The translations under genes and the position numbers were made by a program. Below, piece after piece: positions 40,930 to 53,697 of a stretch of 64,000 bases of DNA. This DNA is from Sphyrna mokarran. Its lineage: Eukaryota. Each line of letters begins with the position of its first letter. Within the stretch, counting starts at the first letter, position 1. The DNA is taken from the NCBI GenBank assembly GCA_024679065.1, contig JAGIQG010000013.1, forward strand, positions 52,700,001 to 52,764,000. The letters run 5' to 3'. The notes under the pieces are model-generated. The model did no database searches. It saw nothing but the letters and a program-made list of their open reading frames with translations, and was not told the DNA's origin.

Positions 40930-41660
40930 CAATTTTCTGTTTGCTGATGACTAGCCATCAGTTCAGAATTAAACATGCAATGTCGCATGGACTTTTTCTC
41001 CAATGCACACAATGACTTTGGACTTACAACCAGTATGAAGAAAAGTGAAGTAATGTACCAGCCTGCTTCACTCAGAAAAGCCCTAGCTCCTACCTTAAGT
41101 TTCAGTTCATTACCAGAACCTGTCAGCAGTGGATAAGTTACTTCACTCAACAGCACACTCCCTCAGGCTATTTTTACTGATGGCAAAATACATACAAGAA
41201 TTGTCATAGTGAGTGTAGCCTTTGGTAGACTTCAAACATCAGTCTGTAAATTAAGATTTGATTTTGATTTAATTTATTATTGTCACATGTATTAGTATAC
41301 AGTGAAAAGTATTTTTTCTTGCATACTAATTCTGCAAAGATCCTGTCCACTCCAAGACTTAGACTGTGTACCAGTCTCTTTCCAAGAATGTCAACTATTT
41401 CACTTGAGCTGCCTTCAAAGGTTTCTAAAGCTCAGGTGGTAGGACAAAATACCAGGCATTGGAGGTGCTCACCTGAGCTGGCTTTCACACAATATCGCGA
41501 CAGTCAGAATGTTTGACCGCCACTTACCAAAGCAACTCTTTCATACAGAGCTTCAGTACTCTCATGGCAGTCAAATAAAGATCCACAGGATATGCTGAAG
41601 GTTTCACTTGTGCATTTTGATATCAACTTTGAGTCCTGGGAGAAGCTCACCAAACTCCCC
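40930..41660 (+). mobile_element. Decayed RTE-clade LINE RT fragment
   Basis: FLFADD..., DFGLTTSMKKSEVMYQPA, RIVIVSVAFGRL, DMLKVSLVHFDINFESWEKL: RTE/BovB-type RT motifs. Confidence 0.75.
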
Positions 41661-43911
41661 AAATGACGAACATAGTAACTTTCCCCTCAAATGATGAACA
41701 AGACGACAATTTGGGTGTTGTGAATAGAGTATATGGAATCTTTTTGGGATACATGGGATCAATTTTCTAAATTAAATCAGTTGCTTTTCTTCACCTATGC
41801 TTAACCTATCTTGCACCTATAGTACCTGTGAGTGTTCACAAGTGCCATATGTGTCAAACATGTACAAAAGATCTCCTCTTTGAATTCAATATGGAGTTAT
41901 TTGATGAGATTTATTGCACAAACACTGAAAAATTAATTTTGTGTTGCTGCTTCACTTCTAGCTAGCCCAATAATAGTAACAGATTAAATATAAGCCCTAT
42001 GCAGTGAATATGCAATAGAAGTGCCCTATTTTAATAATGGTGTCTGTTGAATAATTATGGAACATTATTAGTCCATTCAGGGAGTCTAAATAAGCTATTT
42101 GCATTTCCATTGTTTCCATTATTAGTCATGTACTGAATATAGTGAATTCTAATGTATATCTAATTAAGGCAAGACTCGGTTCACAGGAAAGAATCTGAAC
42201 AATCTCATTCATGACACATCCTGTTGTAAAAAATTCCCAATTCAAAGTTAAAATACAAATCCAGGACTCAAGAGCTAACAGCAACATTTTTCTTAAATAT
42301 CCCAAGTTATGCTCATCACATATTTTATTATCTCATCACAATTAGACACCAAAATGATTGCAACAACATTTTTTTATACAGATGACTGATATACTGCAAA
42401 ATAGAGGAACAAAGAACTAATTTTCAAAACATTCAGACAGTCAATAGAATAGTATTTATTTCCACTAGGTTTATTTGAATCCAGTAAGCAAGGTATATAT
42501 TAAGGAGGCTGTTTATGAATATTCTGTATTTTAAAATTAGTTTGCCCAGCTCTGATTCGTTTTCAAGCTGCACCCATTTTGCTGTGCCACACTGTATCTT
42601 TAAATGCTAACTTGCCTCATACTTTTAGTCATAGACAGCTCTAAATGCATTTTCCTGCGTTCTTGCTTCTAGTGTTCATCTTTCCTTCTGAATGCTTTGC
42701 AACTAAGTTGACTGTGTATGTCAAAGTCAAGACTAATTTTGAACTTAGTCTATTGTATTTTACAAACAGCGATTTGCTTAAGGGCTGATCTCATTCACCA
42801 ACCTGGCGGCACTTTCTTTACTGCATGAAAAAAAAATATACAACTGGAATTCATATAAATATCAAAAAATGAACTCAGATTTTAGTTTAATTGGGCACAG
42901 TGGCTTGATATGCTTAACAAATTTTTAGAACTAGATGTCAACATTAATATCCACAAATTTCTTGTCTAAGTTTTGGTTTTAGTTTGGTTATTGCAAGATT
43001 AGATACTGAATAGCCATATTGCAGTGTGTGCATCCCTATTGTGAATGAAGTTAAATACTTAGGCGCTGCTTCACATCGTAAGCATGTAGTCTGACAGAGA
43101 AGGAAAGGCTAAATGGGAGACACCTGAAGAAACATGATTGTGGAAAAAATAGTTTTGATGTGTAATTTCCTCTTATTTTGTTTCCTGCATCTCATTGTGT
43201 GACATACATGTGGCAAAACTCTACTAGTCTGTTGGCTGCACAGGCAGTTCATGCTTCTGATATTTCATATTGCACTTTCCAATTGCTTATGTGCCTGTCT
43301 GCAGTAGGTTTGGGAAAGACAGCAAATTTCAAAGGAGAGATTAGCTACACTGGGTTGTTACTCTTATAATGCGTAAGCTAAAGTTTAATTTGACAGAAGA
43401 GTTTGGATTGAACTGGTCAGAGAATATAGATTCAGTTCTTTTTACATCAGCCAAAAATCCAAAACAGGGTCTTAACATTCAAATTAAAAATGAATAGTCA
43501 AACAGAAGAACAGTCAACTCATTCTTGAGTCTGCGAAAGATATAAAAATTGCCAAAGTGAGGGACAAAGTCAACAATTTTTTTTGTAAAGAAATATAATA
43601 CAAGACTGTTAGGTGTGGAAATACATTAAGATAACAATGTAGAAAGCTGAATGAAAAATCTAGATCAGGATTCTATACGTAGCTTAAATGTGTGGGCTAC
43701 AGTTGACAGATAGGTTCAACAGTTATTGCACAAATTGAAAGATCATCCAGATGTTTGCGGGTTCATAGTTCTGATCTTCTATAACTTCCTTTTTAATTGG
43801 AAGCTACATATCATATCAATAGGCAGATTTGCCCTGTAGAAAAATTAAAGGGCAACTTGGCCAAATTTTTCTTACAGGATTCTGAACAAATATCAGAGAG
43901 GAAATTTTGTT

Positions 43912-44260
43912 GAATTCCTACAGTGCAGAAGGAAGCCATTCAGCCCATCAAGTCTGCACCAATTCTATGACAGCGTGTCTTACCCCGACTCATGTTGTAG
44001 CTGCTTAATCCCACAGACCTACCATGGCTAATTCATCTAACCTCTACATCTTGGGACACTGGGGGTCAATTTATCATGACCAATCCACCTAACCTGCGCG
44101 TCTTCGGACGATGAGAGGAAACTGAAACACCCGGAAGAGACCCATGCAGGCACAGGGAGAATGTGCAATCTCCACATAGACAGCAACCCAAGGCCAGAAT
44201 TGAATCTGAGTTCCTGGTGCTGTGAGGCAGTATGGAAACAACTGTGCCACTGTGCCATCC
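43912..44260 (-). mobile_element. HE1-like SINE
   Basis: Reverse complement of the SINE head at 44260 and tail gaattcctacagtgcagaaggaagccattcagccc at 43912. Confidence 0.85.
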
Positions 44261-45149
44261 CACATTTCTATGCTTACTATGAATAGGAGACTGGAGAGGG
44301 GAGATTAAATTTAAAAATTTGGGACATTTACCTCCTGTCAACTTTCAGCTCTAACAGGGAGGTTAAGATGCTGGCTACTTACCCTTATTTTCAGTGGTGG
44401 GACAGTCAGTTAAATGGTTTAATTATCCAAGTATAGTACTGTCAAGGACAGGGAGGGACAAGAGTAGATTCAAAAGAGTTTTCTACAGTAGTATGTTTCA
44501 ATGAGAAATGAAGCATTCCTAAACTTGGTTCATGGAAATGAGATGGGCCAAGTGCATCAAGCATCAATAGGACAATATTTATGGGGCAATGATCATTGTA
44601 TCATAAGATTTAGGTTGACTATGGAAAAGGATAAGAATAAAGAATAAGAATAATTAATTCTGGGAAAATCACCTTCAATGTGTAAGAACAGATCTCGCTG
44701 GAATAAATTGGAGTCAAAGATTAGGAGGAAAAACGTAAAGAAGAGATAATTCAGGCACATTCAATGCATGTTCCTTTGGAAGGGGGAGGACAAATAAAAC
44801 CAGGATATCCTGGATGACAAAAGAATTAGAAATTCGGATCAGGAAGAAAAAAGTGTGCTTATGACAGCAATCAGGTAGAAAATGCAACTGTGAAGATAGA
44901 GACTTCAGAGGGAAGATGAAACAGCAATATGTGAAGCATAGAGGGAGTCTGAAAAGAGTCAGGCAGCCAATATAAAAGGGAATCCCAAAAGCTTCTATTG
45001 GCATACAAGTAGTAAAAGGGAGGTAAAAGGAGGAGTAGGACTAGTTGACCAGATATCAAAAAGGGGATTTTCATGCAGGTGGAGGTAACATAGCTGATGT
45101 ATTAATACATTGGATTTGGCCAGAAACTGAACTGGATTACCCATATAAA

Positions 45150-45715
45150 TTCTGTGGTTATGACAGCAACTCTGAGACTAGGAATCCTGAGGTGAACAAT
45201 ACACCTCCTGACTTCCCAAAGCCTGACCACCCACCCAAAAGGCACAAGTCAGGATTGTGATGGAATAGTCTCCAATTTGATTTGATTTATTACTGTCATG
45301 TGTATTAGTGTATAGTGAAAAGTATTTTTTCTTGCACTTTCAAACATCATTCATTCCTTCCACCACTGACACACACTGTGCATCATCTGCAAGATGCACT
45401 GCAGAAACTCACCAATGCTCCTTTGACAGCACATTCCAAATACATGACCACTACATCAAGAAGGCTAAGGGTGGCAAATGGGAACAGCACTATCTGAAAG
45501 TTTCCATGCAAGGCACTCACCAACTTGACTTGGAATTATATCACACTCTTTCATCGCCATTAGGTTAAAATCCTGGAACGCCCTCCCAAACATACTGTAT
45601 TGCACTGCAATGATTCAAAAACGCAGCTCACTACCATCTTTTCAAGGACCATTAAAGTTTGGCAATAAATGCCAATCTAGCCAATGGCGCCCAAATCCCA
45701 TGAATGAATAAAAAA
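45150..45715 (+). mobile_element. L2/CR1-group LINE 3' end inserted in the CR1-like element
   Basis: ggcacaagtcagga..gatggaata, tgcatcatctgcaagatgcactgcag, tail ggcaataaatgcc..atcccatgaatgaataaaaaa, the same tail as the second SINE family. Confidence 0.7.
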
Positions 45716-45745
45716 GATTCCACAGGACTTGATAATTGCAAATGA

Positions 45746-45989
45746 ACTCAGTAAGAATTTAGCAACACCAATTATTAATCCAACCGATTTATTTGATAGT
45801 AAAAAAGTGAGCTTTCAACACTCTTGTGTCTTCCTCAGGCAAGTGCCGTGTACTTGCCTGAGGAAGACACAAGAGTGTTGAAAGCTCGCTTTTTTACTAT
45901 CAAATAAATCGGTTGGATTAATAATTGGTGTTGCTAAATTCTTACTGAGTTCTTACCACCCCAATCCAACGCCGGCATCTTTATATCAC
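45746..45989. mobile_element. Penelope-derived fold-back insertion: 103-bp near-perfect palindrome with 12-bp TSD
   Basis: Arms 45744-45846 and 45850-45952 with two mismatches and a 3-nt loop; flanking direct repeat AATTGCAAATGA at 45734-45745 and 45990-46001 (the last 2 nt of the left copy overlap the arm). Confidence 0.85.
45856..45889 (+). ncRNA. Minimal hammerhead-ribozyme-like motif (mirror copy on minus)
   Basis: GC-CTGAGGA-A-GACAC-AAGA-GTGTT-GAAA-GCT-C-GC. Confidence 0.6.
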
Positions 45990-48337
45990 AATTGCAAATG
46001 ATGCAGCCTTGTTCAAAAAAATAGGCTGTAAAGATAAACACAACAAGTGCAGGCCAGTTTAATTTTGGTGGTTGAGAAACTTCTAGAAAATAATATTTTA
46101 GGACAAAATTAATAGACACGTGAACAAAAGTGTGTTAGTTAAGGAAAGCCAGCAAGGATTTCTTAAGGTAAAATTCTGTTTAACTTAGTTTTCCTTGCAG
46201 AGGTAACAGAGAGGACTGATGAAGGTAACACTGTTGATGTAGTGTACATGGACTACAGTATTTAATACAGTACCATACGGATTTGTGAGCAAAGCTATAG
46301 TTCATGGAATAAAAGAGACAATAGCAACATGGATTCAAAATTGGCTGAGTGACAGGAAAAAGACTATAGTGGTTAATAGACATTTCTCAGGCTGGAGGAA
46401 GGTTTGCAGTGGAAGTCGCTAGGAGCTGGGTCTGTTATTTTTCCTGATATCCATTAATGATATAGATCTTAGTGTACAAATTTGTGAATGATACAAAAGT
46501 TGAAAGCATTGTAAACGAAGAAGAGAATTGTTATAGCCTCAAAAGGACCATAGATAGTTGGTGGAATAGGCAGGTAGGCGGCAGATGATACTCAATGCAG
46601 TGAAGTGGTTAATTTTGGCAGAAAAACATAGACAGATTATTTATAAGCAGTACAACTCTAAAGAGGATATAGGAACAAAGGTATATAATTGCATAACTAA
46701 TTGAAGATGGCAGGACAGTTTGACAGATGGTTAATAAAGCATACAGTATGCTAGGCTTTATTGATTGGTGCACAAGAACAAGGAGGCTTTGCCCCCATCC
46801 TCCTGGCTGGCTTAAGGAATGGAGAGTGCAAAATAGAAGGAATAGGCTCTCGGCTGGGTTCCTGCCTGCTCTGAGCGCAAACAATTTTACACTAGGACAA
46901 GCAAGACCTGTCTTTGTCCCAAATGAGGCCCTTAAATGGCAACTTATCGGCCATTTAAAGGCTGTTGCATCTCAGCCTCAATTTGAGGCTGATGGGAGAA
47001 TTTCCCAGAGAATTTCCCGCACCTTAAGGTCCGATGTTCACTGGACTTTAACCCATAATGTCCCAGCCTCTTCTCTGACATTCCAGTCATCCACTAACCT
47101 CACTCCACAATGTCTTCACTATCTTCCCTGTCCTGGAGACCCCAAAAGACTTTCCTTCCTGACCAGTCCTGGGACTTAGGCTGCAACGTCTTTAGCAGGC
47201 TCCCCTTCTGTCTACTGCAGCTCCTGGTGCTGCATGGACAAGAGAACTGCCGACCACTCTAAATGGCTGGCAGCCCTCCAAGGTGGGACTTCCATCCAAA
47301 TGGCTGTGGTCAGACAGAATCAGTGGCAGGATAGAGATCTCACCATCTAAACAATCCTGGCCATGATCTCTTCCTCCTTTAACTTAGCAACCGAACAAAT
47401 AATAAATATTGCATTTTGGCCATTTTTAATATGTAGGCTTGAGGAAACAGTCTCAGTGATGCATGGGCAATGCTCCTTGGGTACTGCTATTTTGCCCCTT
47501 GGGCAATGTCAGACAGGCAATGCCCCAGGAGGGCACCCCATCCTTAGCCCTGACCACCTGGGGGACCTCCATGGCCTCTCTTCACTCCAGTGGGGTTGAC
47601 CAGCAGTTCTCCATTAGTGGGGAGCTGTGGTAAATCCCTCAGGAGTGAACTATTCTTGACATGGGAGGATGAGGGGGCGTGGGGAGGCTAACAGCCTGGA
47701 GACTTTAGTCCTGAGCCCACTAATGATATTAAAATTATGATCTTAAAATGTAAATCAGCTCTGTTCCAATTTACTGTGTGGAGCTGATGACACTGGAAAT
47801 GCAGACCCCAGAGATGCGCAGATGCATAGCGTTCAACGGGGAGCCTGCTAAATGGTCTTCACTCACGTTCCTGGCTAGCTATATTGCTAGAGCAGCACAA
47901 TGGGCAGGGAGAATTGCCCTCTTATTTTTCTGCTCCATTCAGTTCAGTTGCACATTAAAAGATGTTTTAAGTCATCAACAAGTCCTCATTATTTTAAACC
48001 TTCTTGCCTATCCTGTAAACAGATTGGCTTCTTCCTCCTCCCCATTTCTATTTTAGGCGTTGGGCTCTGTGTCAGCAGCTGGTGCTCATCCTGGGCTTGT
48101 ATTTAGTTAATATATATTTTCTATATGATGCATATTTCACATTAATTAACTCATGATGTTGGGTGTGTTTTTATTTGCAGAAGATACTTGTAAATTAATT
48201 AACTTTTAGACAGTAATTCTGGTCTCATAAATAATCCAAAGGTTGGGGCTCCCTTAATTAGAAATATAATTAATTTCTTAATCTAGTAAATTTTGATTGA
48301 ATGGTCAATTGCACTAATTCAGAATGAGTGCGCATTA

Positions 48338-48395
48338 CTGGAATTTTACACCCCCTCCCCACTCACCCTGGAATCATGCCAGTAAAATTCTAGCC
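48338..48395. mobile_element. Very short MITE / hairpin
   Basis: CTGGAATTTTAC...GTAAAATTCTAG terminal inverted repeats. Confidence 0.5.
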
Positions 48396-50159
48396 CATAT
48401 GTCTGAAAGTCATAAGCTTGAACATCCTAATTCCTTTTGCTCATGTTTGGAAGCAAAGACACAATACATTCCTTATAATGAACATACATTAGAGAGTGTC
48501 AGCTTTACATTGCATAGAATAAGAAATATCTTCTCTGTTTTGGATAGCATATTGACATTCCTCAGCATACTAAATATCAGGATTCTCAACATCTTTCCAT
48601 CAAATTATTTTTTCTAATGTTTAATAATGTTTTGCACTGAAGAAAAGTTTCACAACAGCCAATTCAGTATAGTTTTCTGAATGAACATTTATGACAAGTT
48701 AGTTAAGATGATCAGGAACAATATGCTGAACAATATCAATGGTGGGTGTTCACTCCCTCATTCAGCTGAGGTAGATCTTGAGATCTGCCTCTTCTACCTG
48801 CCCTATTGTGAGTTCATAGCATTGTTGATACACCACTGGAAACTAAGATGTGTGGGCAGTCATGATTGGCAACCAAATACGCTACATAGATGGGAAAGCA
48901 AGTAAGTTTGAGTGACGTGCTCCCTATTCTGCAGGTGATAGAAACTTGGGCATTATTTTACCATTCCTTTTCTTATTATCTTTGCAGATTCATTAAAACA
49001 GGGCTCTTAGCTTTAATTCTCTCCACCTAGTTTTTCTTTTGTTCCCAGTTTCTCTGACTTGCGTCTACAATATACAAACTTTTAAAATCCAAACTTGGTG
49101 TCATCTAATTATGGGTCTTAGGTTTTTTAATTAAAAGAATGATCTTTTGCTTTACTGTTGTCTTTTGATCTTTGAATGTTATGCAGTTTCCATACACACA
49201 ATACAAATTGAACATTTTAAATTAGAAGTGGGGTGACAGAAACATTTTGTGTGAAGGATAAGATTATTAAGGTCTTTGGGCATAATTGTCAAAAAATAGA
49301 GGTGCAAATGCTGTGAAGACATTTTAATGTTATTCTACAACCATGCCATAGAAATATTAAACAATATCCTGCGATCAACAATCATCTTGATAATGATAAT
49401 TCATAATGTGTGCACTGGTGCCTAAACTATTACCATGGTGACAGAGCCCTCATAATTTGTGTTACCTGCAAATTATCCAGTTAGTGTTCTGAGTGACCAC
49501 CTTGTAGTGGTTTGACTCAAGTAATAGAGAATGCCTGAATTATGTGAGTAGATAGTTAAGTAGTTGATCAACTAAATTTTAAATAAAAGAGACAACAAAA
49601 AAAATTATGACCGTTCAAATCAGCATCTGGCCTACTTTTTTAAAAAAATTAAGGATCAACTGATGTCACCCTAATTAGAATTATTCAACAAGTTATCAAT
49701 TTGTTATCTATCTGGTGTTGACAACATCAGAAGTAGGAACTAGAATAAGCTATTTGGCCCCTTACCTTGCTCCATCATTCAATAAAATCATAGCTGTTAC
49801 TATTATGGCCTAAGCTCCACTTTTCCTGCCTGCCCACGTAACCCTTGGAGATTAAAAATCTGTCTAACTCAGTCTTGACTATATTCCAGTACCGTCTGGG
49901 GTTAGAATTTCAAAGATTAAGGACCCTACGAAAGAAGAAATATCTTCCCATCTCCTTCTTAAATGAGATACACATTTACGAATATTTTCCATCGGTCATC
50001 TGCAGTGTCTGGTCACCTGTTTGCTTAGCTGCTGGTACTTGGCAAGAATACTGAATGCATCCAGTACTGCAGGGTTGCTATTCTGGTTGGCAATCAAGGC
50101 CGGCAGTGAGGAGCTACAGCACATGTGCCGATCTCAGCTACGATAGATCACTGCAGTCG

Positions 50160-50319
50160 TGATGTGTAGAGATGCCGGCGTTGGACAGGGGTAAACACAG
50201 TAAGAAGTCTGACAACACCAGGGTTCGTCTGACGAAGGCCATAGAGCCGAAAGCTTACGCGTTTACTATCAAATAAATCGGTTGGATTTAAAACTGATGT
50301 TGTCAGACTTCTTACTGTG
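50160..50319. mobile_element. Penelope-derived insertion with partial inverted terminus
   Basis: gatgtgtagagatgccggcgttgga head shared with the 45.9 kb and 63.3 kb copies; 25-bp inverted repeat 50196-50220 / 50295-50319. Confidence 0.8.
50226..50259 (+). ncRNA. Minimal hammerhead-ribozyme-like motif
   Basis: CGT-CTGACGA-A-GGC-CATAGA-GCC-GAAA-GCT-T-ACG with perfect 3-bp stems I and II. Confidence 0.65.
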
Positions 50320-52919
50320 ATCGCTGCATGCCCAGTGACCCGCTCAGTGCTACGCTGCTGGCATTCTTGGGGGCACTCTATAGTGCAGAGTGTAGGAGAT
50401 CATTTTGAAAATACCAACAACAATAAAACAATGGAAGTTACCCCCATTTTTACACAAATTTGGCACTTAGAATGTTTTTGGAAGAATTCTGGCTAAAGGA
50501 ATTGATTCTTTTATTTTGATCTAATTGATTTTAGTTGGAAGTAGATGGTCAGATTCAACAATCCCAAGCAATGTTAGTAGGTGTGTTAAAGGTCAGACAG
50601 ACTTTCTGCTCTTAATTACTATACAGATGTTAGAAAGTGAATGTGTGTTGCTGGTCTGTGAAAGAAGGACCACGTTTTACAAGTATTCCCCATTGTCCAA
50701 TCACCTGCTGACACTCACCATCCAGGCTCATATGTAAAATAAATAGCACTTAAGTGAAGCACTAGATGGCCTCTTACATTACAATTCAAAAATACTTCAG
50801 TGGAGTAAAGCACTTTGGAACCTGAGGTTGTGAAAGGTACAATGAAGAGGCACATTTCTTTTTTCTCTCCCAGCTGGCCAATTAAGCCAAAGTACACCAA
50901 ACATTGATGCTTTTAGGAGAATAGCTAAAAAATGGGAAAGAAAAAGTGAAAAAAACTGAATAAATCCAATGGACCAGACAGTGTGTAATACAGAAACATT
51001 AAGTGAAAATGAGTTGAAGCAGGCAATTAAATAGCTTATTTAAGTCCCAATTAAATAAATTTAATTCAGCAATCAACTGAATCTGAACTGTTGATGCCAG
51101 GGTACTGAGGCAAAGAGGGAAATCGGAGATACTCATACAAATCTTGGAAAGGCAGAATGCATTTGTTGCTATACTCAGCTGATGGAAAGGCAAATTGCTC
51201 ATTCATTAACACTGAGATACAGATTACTGCATGGCTGGCAAACACCTTATTGACTCAGGAGTGGCTGATATAAAACAATGATTGGCAACCTGTGCAACTA
51301 AATTAACCATTTCCACGTCCCCCCCCAAAGAATAAACAACTACTCTTACTTAATTTATTCTTCTTCTACCCACGCATGCTTTAATTATTGTCCTTTTTCT
51401 TTTTAATGTCACATATCCAAATAGTAAAATGGCAATTCAGTCTCATTACACTGTTTGTGAAGACATCAACTGTGACAACATGCAGTAGTTTCTTGCATTT
51501 TGTATACTGTTTCAACAATGTTACTTTGTCTTGGACATTAGTATTCAGTTTTTTCTTACAGCAGTCTTCTCATCACATTGTTACATGTTCCTTTTAGTGT
51601 TTTACTTGAACCAGGTATTTCCCTTCATCAACAGTTCAGTGCCTTATCAGCTTTACTACAATCACAGCTTAAGTTTCTGTTCAATATCTACTCTATCATG
51701 TAGCAGATCCAATTATGGTTAACTAGCTGCCATAGTTTATTTATTTTTAGATTTAGTAGGTTGGCTGTGAAGAAATATTTTTCACTGGAGAAAAATTGAA
51801 GCACAACACTTGCATTTATGTAGCATCCACATGATATACAGCATGACACTCTTATTCACAAAGGAAATGAAATAAAGAGATAACAGTGTACGGGCCACAG
51901 CAGCAGATGCTTAACAAAGAGTTGACCACCACAATGCAATGAGACGGACAAGTACCCCTCATAAAAATAAATGATTCCTGTGCATTGAATGTAAATCTCA
52001 ATATATAATAAAACTTTAATAATCAGGGCTTAAGTTAATACTTTAATGCAACTGCATTTCCCTTTCTAACCTATAAGTTATATTACAAGGCAATAATCAG
52101 TAGGTAAATTTTATATCCAGTGCAGTCCTCACGTTTCAAGGAGCCAAAACTTGCTGTAGGTGCAAAACAATCTGGCCATGTGACTTATTAATAGTCATAG
52201 AACATGCAGATCTAATTCAGAACTACTTTCTTCTGAATTGAAAAAGCAGATCTACATCTAATGGGTTCAGTATTTTTTTTTAATCCAATTCAATCAAATC
52301 GAGGCTAATTCATTGTCTCAACAAGTTGAGACATTCCCAGTCGAAGCTGATTGGATTTGGCATTGCACCTCTTCCAAAGCTTGAACTCATTTGCATTTTT
52401 CCAAAAGGCCGAGATGCAGCTTTTAAAAATTACTTCAAATGAAACTAAAATGTAACTTAATGACTTCAATCAAGTACAGCATGTCAATGCAATATTTGAT
52501 CTTGGCCAAAAGGCTAATAGGAGAAAGAATTATGATCTCATCTGGTGGAAATTTACAAGAATTGACTTCAAAAGTTTCCTACTACCAGGATTTGCTTATT
52601 TAGATGACTTTTCCATCCCCGTTGGATGCCATTCCCCAAATCAAAGATCCATGCCAGATGGCTCTCTGCTCCAAATCCCATGTTGGATGGCACCCTGCCT
52701 TGAGGCCATATGAGATGGAACCCTTGGTCTATACCATCCAGAGTTTCAAACAGTCTAACTTCAATGTGCATGTCACCACACAAACAAACAACAGTTATAA
52801 TGTTGCTGTGTGGGTTGAATCCTAAATAAGAACTTTTCCATGGAAGAAGGTTAATAGTTGGGAAGTCATTTTCCTTATTGATAGATGCTGAAATCAAAAC
52901 AGCTATTTCAAGGAATTAA

Positions 52920-53642
52920 GGCAGAAATTCTCCAGTCTCTGGATCATTGGAGAGATGCACATCAGGATTCTGGGGAAGTCCTGATATGTTGACATTTGTG
53001 GGAATTACTCAGAAAGTTTTAACTTACTTTGGGGAATTCCCCTGCTCACAGGACCCTGCATAAATGTCTGCAGCATGGGGCAGTTCTGACGCATTTGCCT
53101 GAATAATTTCCCAAGAATAGTGAGACAATTTAAAATCTACTTTTTAAATCCTTGATAACTACAAAACTAACCCCCCAATCACTCAAATAATTCCCACATG
53201 CCTCAAGATCAACCTTACACTCTACACACTTGCCACCTTATCCATCTACCACCATACCCATCTGCTATCCTATCAACCACCTTACCTATCTGTCCCCTAA
53301 CCACTTACGTATCCATTTACTTCATCAACTCCAGTTACCAACCCACTTAATTCACCCACATTAATCACATGTCTTTGCACCTACCCATTCACTTATTTGT
53401 CCACTTATCCATTCACTAATATTCAAATTGGGCCTTTAAATTCACCATAAAACAGTTAGTAAAATGGGGATGTTCTATCTACCCTGAACTCTGTTGTGAC
53501 CATGCTCTCTGAGGGTGGCTATGCTTTGTATTTTTGGGAAAACCAAGCTCTAATAATCTCAAAGAAAAATGGAGCAATGATGACTTGAGGCTTGTTAGAG
53601 CAAAGCAACAATCTATTGTCCTTCTGGCAGAGATCTAGGCCA
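52920..53642. mobile_element. Decayed MITE-like element in the spacer of the inverted duplication
   Basis: GGCAGAAATTCTCC start, AGAGATCTAGGCC end, C/A-rich CACCCAC/CACTTA low-complexity interior. Confidence 0.45.
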
Positions 53643-53669
53643 GAGTATTTATTCCTCAAATAATACTGA

Positions 53670-53697
53670 GCCTTTTGGCAAAGATCAAGTATTGTAT
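53670..53697 (+). pseudogene. U2 snRNA 5' fragment (mirror copy at 52487-52514 minus)
   Basis: GCCTTTTGGCAAAGATCAAGTATTGTAT versus U2 GCCTTTTGGCTAAGATCAAGTGTAGTAT, 25/28 identical. Confidence 0.65.

Larger units (their letters stand above)
44690..46765 (+). mobile_element. Decayed CR1-like ORF2 region hosting nested insertions
   Basis: IKGNPKSFY, IAN..LFKK, SQQGFLKVKFCLT, IATWIQNWLSDRK motifs on plus; interrupted at about 45150-45715 and 45746-45989. Confidence 0.8.

Noticed and set aside
53200-53420. CACCCAC/CACTTA quasi-repeats as a possible CRISPR-like or satellite array
   Set aside because: Irregular low-complexity interior of a MITE; no constant repeat-spacer structure; eukaryotic context.
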